A DNA stretch of 17,497 nucleotides from Lytechinus pictus (Eukaryota), in assembly GCF_037042905.1 (NCBI RefSeq). It is one part of the record NC_087257.1 of this genome. One strand, written 5' to 3'. The position numbers and the translations under genes are program-made. This document shows positions 1-8,945 of this stretch, one piece after another. The notes beneath the pieces are model-generated. The model searched no databases. It worked only from the letters and a program-made list of their open reading frames with translations, and had not been told where the DNA came from. Every line of letters begins with the position of its first letter. The first letter of the stretch is position 1.

Positions 1-266
1 CAGTTGGTAGAGCGTCCGTCTCACAACCGGGAGGTCGGGGGTTCAAACCCCGGCCGCGTCAGACCAAAAGACGTTAAAAGATGGGAGTTGCTGCTACCCT
101 GTTTGGCGTTCAACGATTAAAGGGATAGAGCCTCGTCGATCTGGCGCTGCACAGCGGCTGCCGGGCCCACGATCAATTGGGCAAAGCAAATTTTCGGAGT
201 ATTTCATTTCATGTCTATTTCGAACAATAAATTATGGATTTATCATTATCATTTATCATTTATCAT
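1..266 (+). mobile_element. tRNA-derived SINE (5' end cut by window edge)
   Basis: Head has an A-box-like CAGTTGGTAGAGC, anticodon-like loop CTCACAA and T-arm/B-box GGGG-GTTCAAA-CCCC. A non-tRNA body follows, then AATAAA and a (TATCAT/TTATCAT)n tail at 241-266. Confidence 0.8.
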
Positions 267-275
267 ATGTATGTA

Positions 276-327
<52 letters not shown>
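267..327. repeat. compound (ATGT)n/(TG)n/(TA)n microsatellite
   Basis: Directly visible; pure TA run about 284-327. Confidence 0.95.
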
Positions 328-330
<3 letters not shown>

Positions 331-331
<1 letters not shown>

Positions 332-458
332 ACATATCATTTTTTGGCTTGGGCATAATACACACTGGATACAGTCCAAACGCCCTCGGCTATGCTTCGG
401 GAGCACTAAAGGTATATCTCGATCGTGAAATTCTTACCAATGCCCTAGATGATATGTA
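331..458. mobile_element. small degenerate inverted-repeat element
   Basis: TACATATCAT (331-340) is inverted at ATGATATGTA (449-458); central GCCCTCGGCTATGCTTCGGG palindrome-like core. Confidence 0.35.
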
Positions 459-580
459 TTATTTGTATATTATTCAATTCAGTGGCGCTGGAACATTCGG
501 CTCAGGCAAGAGTTGGGATCAAGCCGTTGTTTACACACAATAGTGCGCCCTCCCGAAGCATGGAGGGGGGGGGGGGTCTT

Positions 581-777
581 TAGTCTACCCACATCTGCAG
601 TGTGTGTACCACAGCTGATTCAAGGAGTCTGCATAGCAGACTAGGTTTACCGTGGGCTGCAGATGTGGCTCGCTTCGCTCGCCCTTTCAGGCTGGTTTGC
701 TTCGCAAACCAGCAGCAGCGCGCTTCGCGCGCTGAGATCCCACCTCACGAGCCATTCAGAGTCTGCATAGCAGACTA
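581..777. mobile_element. hairpin-dense TAGTCT...AGACTA element (Academ-like, non-autonomous)
   Basis: Termini TAGTCT/AGACTA; flanks GGGGGTCTT (572-580) and GGGGGCGTT (778-786) match at 7/9, a possible degenerate 9-bp TSD. Hairpins at 626-642, 691-713, 716-734, 760-776; IR at 589-600/657-668. Confidence 0.45.
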
Positions 778-824
778 GGGGGCGTTCGCTTCGCGACGTA
801 CGGAGGATTCAAGAACAGAGTAAG

Positions 825-1093
825 ACCGTGTTTACACAGTGACTCGGCTCATGGGTTCAACACGTGAGACGTGCTTATCACCGCAATTTTATGCTGTGTA
901 AATGCGATCAGTGTGATCCGCGAGTCGTGTCGAACACGACGTTTTTGATCCGCCAAAATCGTAGGTTTCAACCCGCGGGCCGAGTAAGACTCGCCTATTT
1001 TTTCAGTATAAACGCGATCACAGTCACCCTCTTTGCAGCGTTCGACCCTGCTTGAGGATTCAACACTCGAGCCGAGTCGTGTGTAAACACGGT
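825..1093. mobile_element. MITE (PIF/Harbinger-like termini)
   Basis: TIR ACCGTGTTTACACA(GT/C)GACTCGGCTC at both ends; internal hairpin GTCGTGT-CGA-ACACGAC at 924-940. TSD not clean. Confidence 0.7.
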
Positions 1094-1096
1094 ACA

Positions 1097-1307
1097 TGTT
1101 TTGACAATGCCCGTCAAAATTTAATAGCAAAGAAAGTTGGGAGGTCTTTGACTGATATTGGTGAACCGGAACAATATTGTCGTCCTAAGTTTCCGAGCTG
1201 ACGAAAAATCGCAAAGATGCCGTTTGTCGAGAATCATTTTATTCATCAATTTTCGACATCTTGAGACTTCTTTGTATTTGTTTTAATGACGGGCATTGGA
1301 CAAAACA
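1097..1307. mobile_element. MITE-like inverted-repeat element
   Basis: TGTTTTG-ACAATGCCCGTCA versus reverse complement TGTTTTGTCCAATGCCCGTCA, with weaker match extending about 20 bp further inward. Confidence 0.6.
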
Positions 1308-1639
1308 CTTTAACTGTTCTTGGATCTCCCGTGTGTCGCTATGCCAAAACTCCCGAATAATGTTCCGTTGCCACTGAGTATATCACCGTATGAATATGTT
1401 ATACGATATATATTTGATTGAAATATTACTGTGACCATGTTCAGATTTCCTCACATTCTCGTATTCTACACATCACATACCCCATACTTCGGATTATATT
1501 TGAATGTACTGTATTTCATTGTCTCATGTGTGAAATAAAATAGAAAAATACTTATTGGAAACAATTCATATGTATTCTTTGTCAGCTGTCTAGTCGTGTT
1601 AAATTATCGTATAAAAGCAATTATGATATGAAGGAGATT

Positions 1640-1750
1640 GCGATGATAATAAAACATAACGACAATAATAGTAGTAAAGGTTGCTATAACAGCAACAATA
1701 ATTTTAGTAGTAATATTAGTGAAAGTTATAATAATGATAATAATAATATA
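1640..1750. repeat. degenerate (AAT)n-type trinucleotide low-complexity tract
   Basis: AAT/AGT/GAT/AAC triplet run; similar sequence resumes at about 3490-3530 beyond the Tc1. Confidence 0.75.
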
Positions 1751-1798
1751 GGGCAGTTGTATCACGCACATATCCACCTTGATAGGTGCTCCCATATA

Positions 1799-3459
1799 CA
1801 CTGTTGGTCATAAAGGTGGAATATTTTTTTTCACCAAATTTTCTCAGCGTAATTATTGCAACATGATTTGAATATGGCATTTATGGTTGCATGATAACCA
1901 CTTTACTTTATAATTCTGCCTTTTACACACGTTTGACAGTGATATTTTACAAGTTTATGTCCTAAGCGATGGATGTCATGAGCATAGAACAACACTGACG
2001 ACAATATACAGTAAATTAAAGGATCATGAGATATTTATTTTCAATCTCTCTCAGTTTTCCAGATGACTTTTTTTGTGATTTCATGGACAAATTTGCATCA
2101 AACTTGAGTCATTGTTCTTACTCAGTCACTAGTATCGGGTATGTCCACCCCTGGCACGAACCAGCGCATGCAGACGTCGTTACATGCTGTCCACTAGCTT
2201 GTTGATGACGTAAACAGGCATAGCGTCCCATTCTTCCCTCAGAGCATTTGCCAACTCCTGCAGATTTTGAGGAATGACCTCTCTGTCGTTGATGGCTCGG
2301 CCTAGGGCATCCCATGCATGCTCTATGGGGTTCATATCCGGCGAACAAGCTGGCCATGGCAACTGTACGACGCCCTCTGCCTCCAGGAATTCCTTTACTG
2401 CAGCGGCCCTTTGCGGTCTAGCGTTGTCATCCTGCAGTCGGAAACTGTGCCCATACACTCGTCTTGCATATGGAAGACAGTGGAACTCCGAGATATCCCT
2501 GTAGGCGGCGGCGTTGACGTTTCCGTCCGGAACCACCATTGGCGTTTTCCCTCCATAATGGATGCCGGCCCATATCACCACTGAGCCGCCTCCGACTTGA
2601 GTCGTCTCGTGGATACATTCATCACAAAGGTTTTCCCCGGCTAATCGACGAACTCGTTGTCTCCCATCCTTTCGGTCAAGGATGAACCGGCTCTCGTCCG
2701 TGAAGACCACATGTTGCCAATGTCCTGGATGAAGCCTTCTGTGCTCCCTAGCCCAAAGAAGACGAGCTACTCTGAGGTGAACAGACAGGCGTGGACATTT
2801 GGTCAACCGTCGTGCTCGGTAACCATGTTGGAGCAATCTGCGATTAACGGTTGACCGGGAAACGTTGATCCCATGATATCTCCTCCACAAGCGACGGAGA
2901 TGGCTCGTGGGCAATTTCCGGTTTCTGCGGCTGAAATTCAACAGTTGGCGATCATCTCTTCTTGTGGTCAATCTGGGACGTCCTGGAGATTTCCGTGGCC
3001 GCACATTCCCCGCCTCACGTTGACGTTTCAGGATCTTAGAGACTGCACTCTGTGATATCCCTAGGACTTCTGCGGTATCAGTCTGCTTGTAGCCCTCCTG
3101 TCGCAGTGCTACCACTCTCTCGCGTGTTGCTGTTGCCGTTGGACCAGGCATAGTCCAGGGAACGTCTCTACCGATTTTTATTTCAAACGGTACAAGGAAC
3201 TCGAAAAAATGCAACCTTCTTATACACAGTGCTAAATCAGGGAAAGGGACAGAATATCATATGCATAGGCTTTTATAGTCTACAACAAAATAATTTATTA
3301 CGTAATCCAAATTTCTCATGTTATAATGTCACCTGTGTAATGGGGAAACATTATGTAATCACTCAATTACCATTTTGTCTACGCGTAGCCTTTCAAATAC
3401 CAACAAAACTGTCGATTTTTATTCAAAAATATTTTATTCCACCTTTATGACCAACAGTG
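1799..3459 (-). mobile_element. full-length Tc1-family DNA transposon (1661 bp)
   Basis: Perfect 25-bp TIRs CACTGTTGGTCATAAAGGTGGAATA (1799-1823; 3435-3459), TA TSD (1797-1798; 3460-3461), internal transposase, minus-strand AATAAA at 2034-2039. Confidence 0.97.
2129..3151 (-). pseudogene. Tc1 DD34E transposase (340 codons) with premature TAA at 2180-2182
   Basis: True ATG at 3151 (MPGPT...). Paired-like HTH, GRPR motif, FTDES...QDDNARPQ...SPDMNPIEHAW with 34 residues between the second D and E. After the TAA the frame continues RRLHALVRARGGHTRY* (TAG 2129-2131), a typical Tc1 C-terminus. Confidence 0.93.
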
Positions 3460-4350
3460 TATAAAACTGATAACACTAAAAGAATTGGCCTATAAATAAT
3501 TGGTGATAATAGTAATGATGATAACAATAATTGTAGTCCTATATTTACGCTAAGTATACAGTCAAATACAAATCATTATCCATGATTGGTTGTTATATTG
3601 TTCATATACTTGACCATATAGACTTACATTTACCTTCAACTGTAGAACTGGTTATATTTTTAATATTACAGGTCCATGGAACAATTTATGTAACCAAACC
3701 GTGGACCAGCTTTTAAAACTGTAATGATTTCAAAAATCAGCCAAGAAGAAAAAGGAGGAACAAATAACTGGAACATAATCCAAACTTTAATTTACCCCCG
3801 GGAATTTACCACGGTTTGGACAAAAACACATTTGGCACTAAAAATGAACTGAAGGGATAATGATTTCATCCGAATATGAACATATGTTATTTTATCTGCA
3901 ATAAACAAACGAATTATGGATCAATAATAAACAGTACTATATGTAGGCCTACTATCTTATAGACAATGAATTCATTCACATGCGTGCCGACTAGAGCTGT
4001 GCAAATCGTTAGTGTGCATTTGTTATAGCTCTGGTATTCTTGTTATAACCTTGATAAGAATTATAATTATTGATTCAGATTTACATTTTGCATTATAGAT
4101 CAATGCTCGGTGAGTGTAGGCCATTCATGAAGGGGATACCACCTTTTAACTAGTTCACAGTCCTTGTTTGCAGCCATTATTTCAGTAGAGTCCTCGTCAT
4201 TAAAACTAATCTGGGTTACGAACGATCGACCAAACGAGGATTCACTCATTATACGCGGCGGGTTTCGCGGTCAATTTCTTGAGAGCCATTTCGGGATTCT
4301 GGACCAACTGCAAGGCATAACGAATCCCAGCTAACTGGTCAGGCCAGACC

Positions 4351-4602
4351 ATGAACCGGTTGGCAAGTCTCCTGGGCATCATTGTGACCGTCTTCGTACT
4401 CGTACCGGTACAAGGCCACATATCATTCCAGTACTGCAGGCCGAAGTGCCCAGAGTGTCCACAGGCGGGTCTTATCCCCTTGGAGGATTGGCAACTGAGA
4501 GAGATCCAGAATGCCCAGAAGAGGGTCGCCGCTCTCAAGACCAACCGCAGCATGACTTATAGCAACACCAGGCCCATTGTTTCAGGCTTTACAACCAGTC
4601 AG
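4351..4602 (+). CDS. exon 1 of secreted Spaetzle/neurotrophin-like cystine-knot precursor (signal peptide + prodomain, 84 aa)
   Basis: accATG with in-frame TAA upstream at 4318; hydrophobic signal peptide MNRLASLLGIIVTVFVLVPVQG|H; CxxxCxxC; NRS sequon; phase-0 donor CAG|GTAGGG. Confidence 0.85.
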
Positions 4603-4919
4603 GTAGGGAGTGCAATGATGCCCTTTCATAAATGCAGTCATCTGTACCGCGGTATTATTTGCCGGTTACCATACGGGTATCAGGATCTATGAATATTAAC
4701 CTACCCTTTTTCCCAAACTGCTATAAAATTATCAAGGGCTCGATCTGCACGTTCAATATAAGATATTAAGAAAACGTTGCCATGCCTCTGTCCACCGCTT
4801 GCCAACGAAGTTGTTTCACCCACATTTTACTTCGAAATATCCACTTTTATACACTAAAATGCTTCTAGGTTACCCTTATATGCAGGGGCGGAAATCTCTC
4901 CCAAAAGTTAGGGGGGACA

Positions 4920-7101
4920 CAGGGGCGGATCCAGCCTTCGCCAATAGGGGGGGGGCGGAAATTAGTTTCAGCCATATTTTCCCCGATCGGCAGCTCGAAG
5001 ATAATTTGTGTTTGTTTCTTTGAAGGAATAGTCCTCATTAGTCACTTCCTAGCTTCATTCTTATAAATTCATATATAATATAATAATCCTTATTTATATG
5101 ATGCGAGCGCGAAGCGCGAGCTAATTTTTTGGATTTTTTTCCCCCCTAAAATTTTAACATTCTGGGCAATGTTTGTTATCCTAAAAAAATGTGTATGCAA
5201 CTTAATAATTACTACAAACGCAAAGCGCGAGCAGAAATGAACTGATGGAAAAGATACCTGTTAAAGACTACGTGCAGTTAGCGTTTAACAATCAAATATT
5301 GCGAGCGCGAAGCGCGAGCTGATTTTTTTTGACATTTTCACCTAAAGAATGGAAATTCTAAGCACTTTTTGTAACTCAAGCAGAATAGGTATATAAGTAG
5401 ACAGTTGATGCGAGCGCAAAGCGCGGGCGGAAAATTTCGAGATTTAGTCCTATAATATTTACTGAACGAGACACTCTATTCATGTTTTGTAAATCATGAA
5501 AAGGATGAGTATTAATAATGCGAGCGCAAAGCGCGAGCAGAAAATTTTTATATACGTTTTGAACAGGTACCTGTTAATGACTGCTTGAACTTAGCCATGA
5601 AGGCGTTACATATTTCAACAATTAAAAAAATGCGAGCGCGAGCTGAAAAATTTAGAAAATTTCTAAAGAAAGAATGAAAAATTTTAATCAATTTTTGTAA
5701 TCGTGAACTGGATAGCTATATAATTCAACAATTGATGCGAGCGCGAAGCGCGAGCAGAAAAAAAATATCGAGATTTAGACCTAAAAATGGGCCACTCTGT
5801 TCATGTTTTGTAAACAGCCATAGGCTGATCGAGGGCTTTTTACCGTGTTTAAATAAAATAAATCAATCAAAATCAATGTTTTGTAAATCATGAAAAGGAT
5901 GAGTAATAGGGGGTCTTCCTACATTAATAATGCGAGCACAAAGCGCGAGCAGAAAAATTTTGATATTGTGATCTGAAACTGGATACTGATTTAAATAGAG
6001 AACAAGTTGAGTATTTGAATAAACATGCGCGCGCGTGTTTCATATTTAGACCTAGAATCTAGGCATTCTAAATACATCTTAAATCATGAAAATCATGAAA
6101 CTTTGATATTCCGATCTGAAAAATAAGTCAATTAAAGCTTTATATTTCAAGCACTTTGTAGGAAAATTGTAAGGTGGATATGGATCGCACTTAAAAAAAA
6201 GAGCTAAAATTTTCATTATTATTATATTTGAGTTTTGACATAGGACCGGGACATCCTTACGACATGTCATGAAAATGATGACTATCTTCCTATTCCTCTT
6301 GCTAAGTGCGAGATGAAACAAAAGGGACAATTTAATTATTAGATTAATATCATATTTATTAATGCTTGCAGGGCGCGAAATCTGATGATATTATGGCATA
6401 AAAACTGGACATTTCACTATTGTAATTATGAATAGAATGAATCAGTTAATGTATTTTTAACCATTAATGCGAGCGCAAATCGCGAGCTAAAATTTTTGAT
6501 AACTGTCATGAAAAGGGAATTTTAAGTAGTTTGTTGTATAATCAATATTGAAACATACATAACTTGCCAATCAAAATGCCAGCGTGCAGCGCTAGCTGAT
6601 ACGTCTTGACAATCAGACCCGAAAAGGGAAATTTTGAAAACTTTATGAAATACACGAAAATAATAGGTACCTGATAAATAAAAATGTGTGAGCACGCAGC
6701 GCAAGCAGCAAATGTTGATATAATTATTCAGACCATAAAACTGACATTTTTACAGAACACTTTTTAAAAATCAATTCGTAGATCACACAAAATAATGAAA
6801 GTTCGATTTCCGAGGTGAAATATGTTTTGTATATTGACTTCCAAACTTGATATCTGAGCTCCATAGATATGTAAATCACCTAACAGGCAATGCGAGCGTA
6901 AATTTTATATAGTGGCACGAAAGATTATTTTTATTTTCCAAGTCTTCCCCTCATCTTATTTTATGCACTCGTCGTCCTTCTCTTCTTTTTCTCCTTTCTT
7001 TTCCCTCCTTTTTTCCTTTTTCATTCTTTCTTTCCCTATTTTTCTTTTTTTTGTTCCGCCAATAGGGGGGGGGGGGCTCGGCTCCCCTGGATCCGCCTAT
7101 G
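4920..7101 (+). mobile_element. non-autonomous TIR element with internal ~110-bp tandem array of TGCGAGCGCGAAGCGCGAGC units (copy 1)
   Basis: TIR CAGGGGCGGATCCAG / reverse complement CATAGGCGGATCCAG; GGGACA on both flanks; motif starts at about 5102, 5213, 5300, 5409, 5519, 5631, 5736, 5931, with decayed copies to about 6900. Confidence 0.8.
5815..5875 (+). mobile_element. severely 5'-truncated non-LTR retroposon 3' end
   Basis: 61-bp insert ending AATAAAATAAATCAATCAAAATCA, flanked by a perfect 12-bp duplication ATGTTTTGTAAA (5803-5814; 5876-5887). The sister repeat unit near 5482 lacks it. Confidence 0.75.
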
Positions 7102-7500
7102 GGGACAAGGGGCGGGAAAATTTGACAAGCAAAAAAAAAGGTTATCATCCCAAAAGTACGGTCCCAACTCTCGTCACGTCCCAAGTCTCGTCCCAACTCG
7201 TCCCAAAATACATGTTTTATTACGATTTAGAATGATATATTTCTTACCATGAAAGACAAAAAATAGTAGGGGGGACATTTGATATTGTGTCCCCCCTATT
7301 ATTTTGAGTAGGGGGGACACGTCCCCCCTGTCCCCCCTGGGATTTCCGCCCATGCTAACATGCATGAATTAAACTCACCCGTTATGCTTTTACGAGGTTA
7401 AAAAAAAATTCTGGAGTGCGAAAATACAGATTTGCAGATAATACTTATATTTTTTATGTTATATTTATATGTAATTTTATCTTTGATTATTTTCTAACAG

Positions 7501-7716
7501 AAGGAACAAATGAGGGAATTATTCGGCCAATACTTCAGCAGAGACAAAACATCAGTTGACGAAGACTTCATGTTGTTTGACGAAACTAACCCAAGTAGTC
7601 GACGGCGAAAGCGCGACCCCGATGATCACCTGACTCGGGTCTGTCCGGTTATCCGAACTCCGAATGTTCTTGTGACAGTCTATGATGCGGATGGCAACGT
7701 CTTACAAGTGATTCAG
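7501..7716 (+). CDS. exon 2 of Spaetzle/neurotrophin-like precursor (72 aa, contains furin site)
   Basis: Acceptor ttttctaacAG at 7500 and donor CAG|GTGAGC; phase 0/0; open frame KEQMRELFG...RRRKR|DPDDHLTRVCP...LQVIQ. Confidence 0.88.
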
Positions 7717-8262
7717 GTGAGCTTTCAGATTTCAGTTTTCCATACAATAATGCAAATTGAAAGGAAACAATATGTAAATATCATAGTTGATATAGTTTGA
7801 AGTTTATGTAGAATATCTTCCTAAAACATTTCAATAAATTAAATAACAGTGTACTAAAAAATGTTTAGGCATAGCCATATAACAGTTAATAAAGCCTTTT
7901 CTCTGTATTTGTTTTTCATCATAAGCATAGTTTGGTAGTAGGGTCGTCGATCAATGTTTTAGATGGGGGGGGGGGGTGAAAAAGAAAAATTCCGTAATTG
8001 TCAGTGCGCTCTGCGCACGAAATTATCATAGGCCCTACCGAACTTTGCGCCGTCAAGTTAACACTTGCGTTTATGTCATGTTAAATTATTGCATATAAAT
8101 TTCCACTGCATTTTGAGACATATATTTGCATATATAGGCCTATTCGTGTCAGTTTTGGTAATGCTATACCGTCAGACAAGACATGATTACTCGATGATTA
8201 GAAGACCATTTTTTTAGTCTCCGTTAAAAGAAAAACATGTTATTTTTCTTGATGTATCTCAG

Positions 8263-8463
8263 GCCAATGGTCATACACAACCGATGTTCCGTGAGATTTG
8301 TGCAAGCCCTCTCTCACCGCATACAATCGATGCTTCATGTATGTCGGCTGTACGGTTTGCTTACATGGTGGGCTTCCACGTTGACTTGAACAACCAACCA
8401 ACGCATATCCAAGCTTATCGTATTCAGATCGAGTCCTGTACCTCGGTCATGTCAACGGGATGA
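8263..8463 (+). CDS. exon 3 (terminal) of Spaetzle/neurotrophin-like precursor (66 aa + stop)
   Basis: Acceptor ...gtatctcAG at 8262; phase 0 gives ANGHTQPMFREICASPLSPHTIDASCMSAVRFAYMVGFHVDLNNQPTHIQAYRIQIESCTSVMSTG*; TGA at 8461-8463; AATAAA shortly downstream. Confidence 0.88.
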   Translation, partial: ANGHTQPMFREICASPLSPHTIDASCMSAVRFAYMVGFHVDLNNQPTHIQAYRIQIESCTSVMSTG

Positions 8464-8504
8464 CCAAGGTTTACATAAGAAATATGGACCAGACACAAAA
8501 TATG

Positions 8505-8534
8505 AATAAAGTCCGACAGGCAGTGAAAAATAAA
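8505..8534 (+). terminator. two polyadenylation signals (AATAAA 8505-8510 and 8529-8534)
   Basis: Canonical hexamers just after the stop codon, followed by T-rich sequence. Confidence 0.6.
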
Positions 8535-8544
8535 CAATTAACAT

Positions 8545-8621
8545 ATTTATTTATTTATCAATTACTTAATTAATTAATTTATTTATCTATTTATTTAATT
8601 ATTTATTCATTTATTTATTTA
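8545..8621 (+). repeat. (ATTT)n degenerate microsatellite / ATTTA cluster
   Basis: Many overlapping ATTTA pentamers. Confidence 0.85.
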
Positions 8622-8680
8622 TCAAGACCTACATTATTTCGCTAGGATCAGGATCACTTTCATCCTGGTCTTGATATTGC

Positions 8681-8809
8681 NNNNNNNNNNNNNNNNNNNN
8701 NNNNNNNNNNNNNNNNNNNNNNNNNNNNNNNNNNNNNNNNNNNNNNNNNNNNNNNNNNNNNNNNNNNNNNNNNNNNNNNNNNNNNNNNNNNNNNNNNNNN
8801 NNNNNNNNN
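8681..8809. other. assembly gap (129 N)
   Basis: Run of N. Confidence 1.
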
Positions 8810-8945
8810 AAAAGACAGGAAGAAAGAAAGAAAGAAAACGAAAAAAGGAGAGGAAATGAAAGAAAGAGAAAAATGAGGAAAGATTATTAAAACAAGAAAA
8901 GAAAATAAAGAAAGTAAACAAACAATAAAGAAAAAACACAGAAAA
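8810..8945. repeat. purine-rich (GAAA)n-like low-complexity tract
   Basis: Directly visible, adjacent to the gap. Confidence 0.85.

Larger units (their letters stand above)
480..1376. mobile_element. putative non-autonomous DNA transposon with CAGTGGC termini enclosing smaller IR elements
   Basis: Left end CAGTGGCgctGGAACATT versus reverse complement of right end CAGTGGCaacGGAACATT. No clear TSD. Confidence 0.45.
4883..7354. mobile_element. hAT-like MITE (outer; about 290 bp once the inner insertion is removed)
   Basis: TIR CAGGGGCGGAAATC / reverse complement CATGGGCGGAAATC; flanks CTTATATG versus CTAACATG (6/8, degenerate 8-bp TSD); subterminal GGGGGGAC/GTCCCCCC motifs. Confidence 0.7.

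Noticed and set aside
1-62. Functional tRNA gene
   Set aside because: Anticodon stem is mismatched and the sequence runs into a SINE body and simple-repeat tail with no Pol III T-run terminator; the 5' end is outside the window.
211-543. ORFs 211-543 and 234-428
   Set aside because: Open only because they cross the (TA)n microsatellite (YIYI repeats).
2118-3055. Short ORFs overlapping the transposase
   Set aside because: Alternative-frame or antisense shadows with no recognisable motifs.
3152-3214. N-terminal 21 aa of the 344-aa ORF
   Set aside because: Begins at TTG; the first ATG at 3151 gives the typical Tc1 start and length.
4242-4553. Minus-strand 103-aa ORF (similarly 13930-14361 and 14097-14321)
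   Set aside because: Antisense shadows of real + strand exons.
4603-4692. 3' extensions of ORFs 4351-4692, 7510-7800 and 13891-14493
   Set aside because: Read-through past consensus splice donors into AT-rich intron.
5100-6900. CRISPR-like array (palindromic repeat with spacers)
   Set aside because: Spacers are about 90 bp and homologous to each other, the array lies inside a TIR element in a eukaryotic intron, and there are no cas genes.
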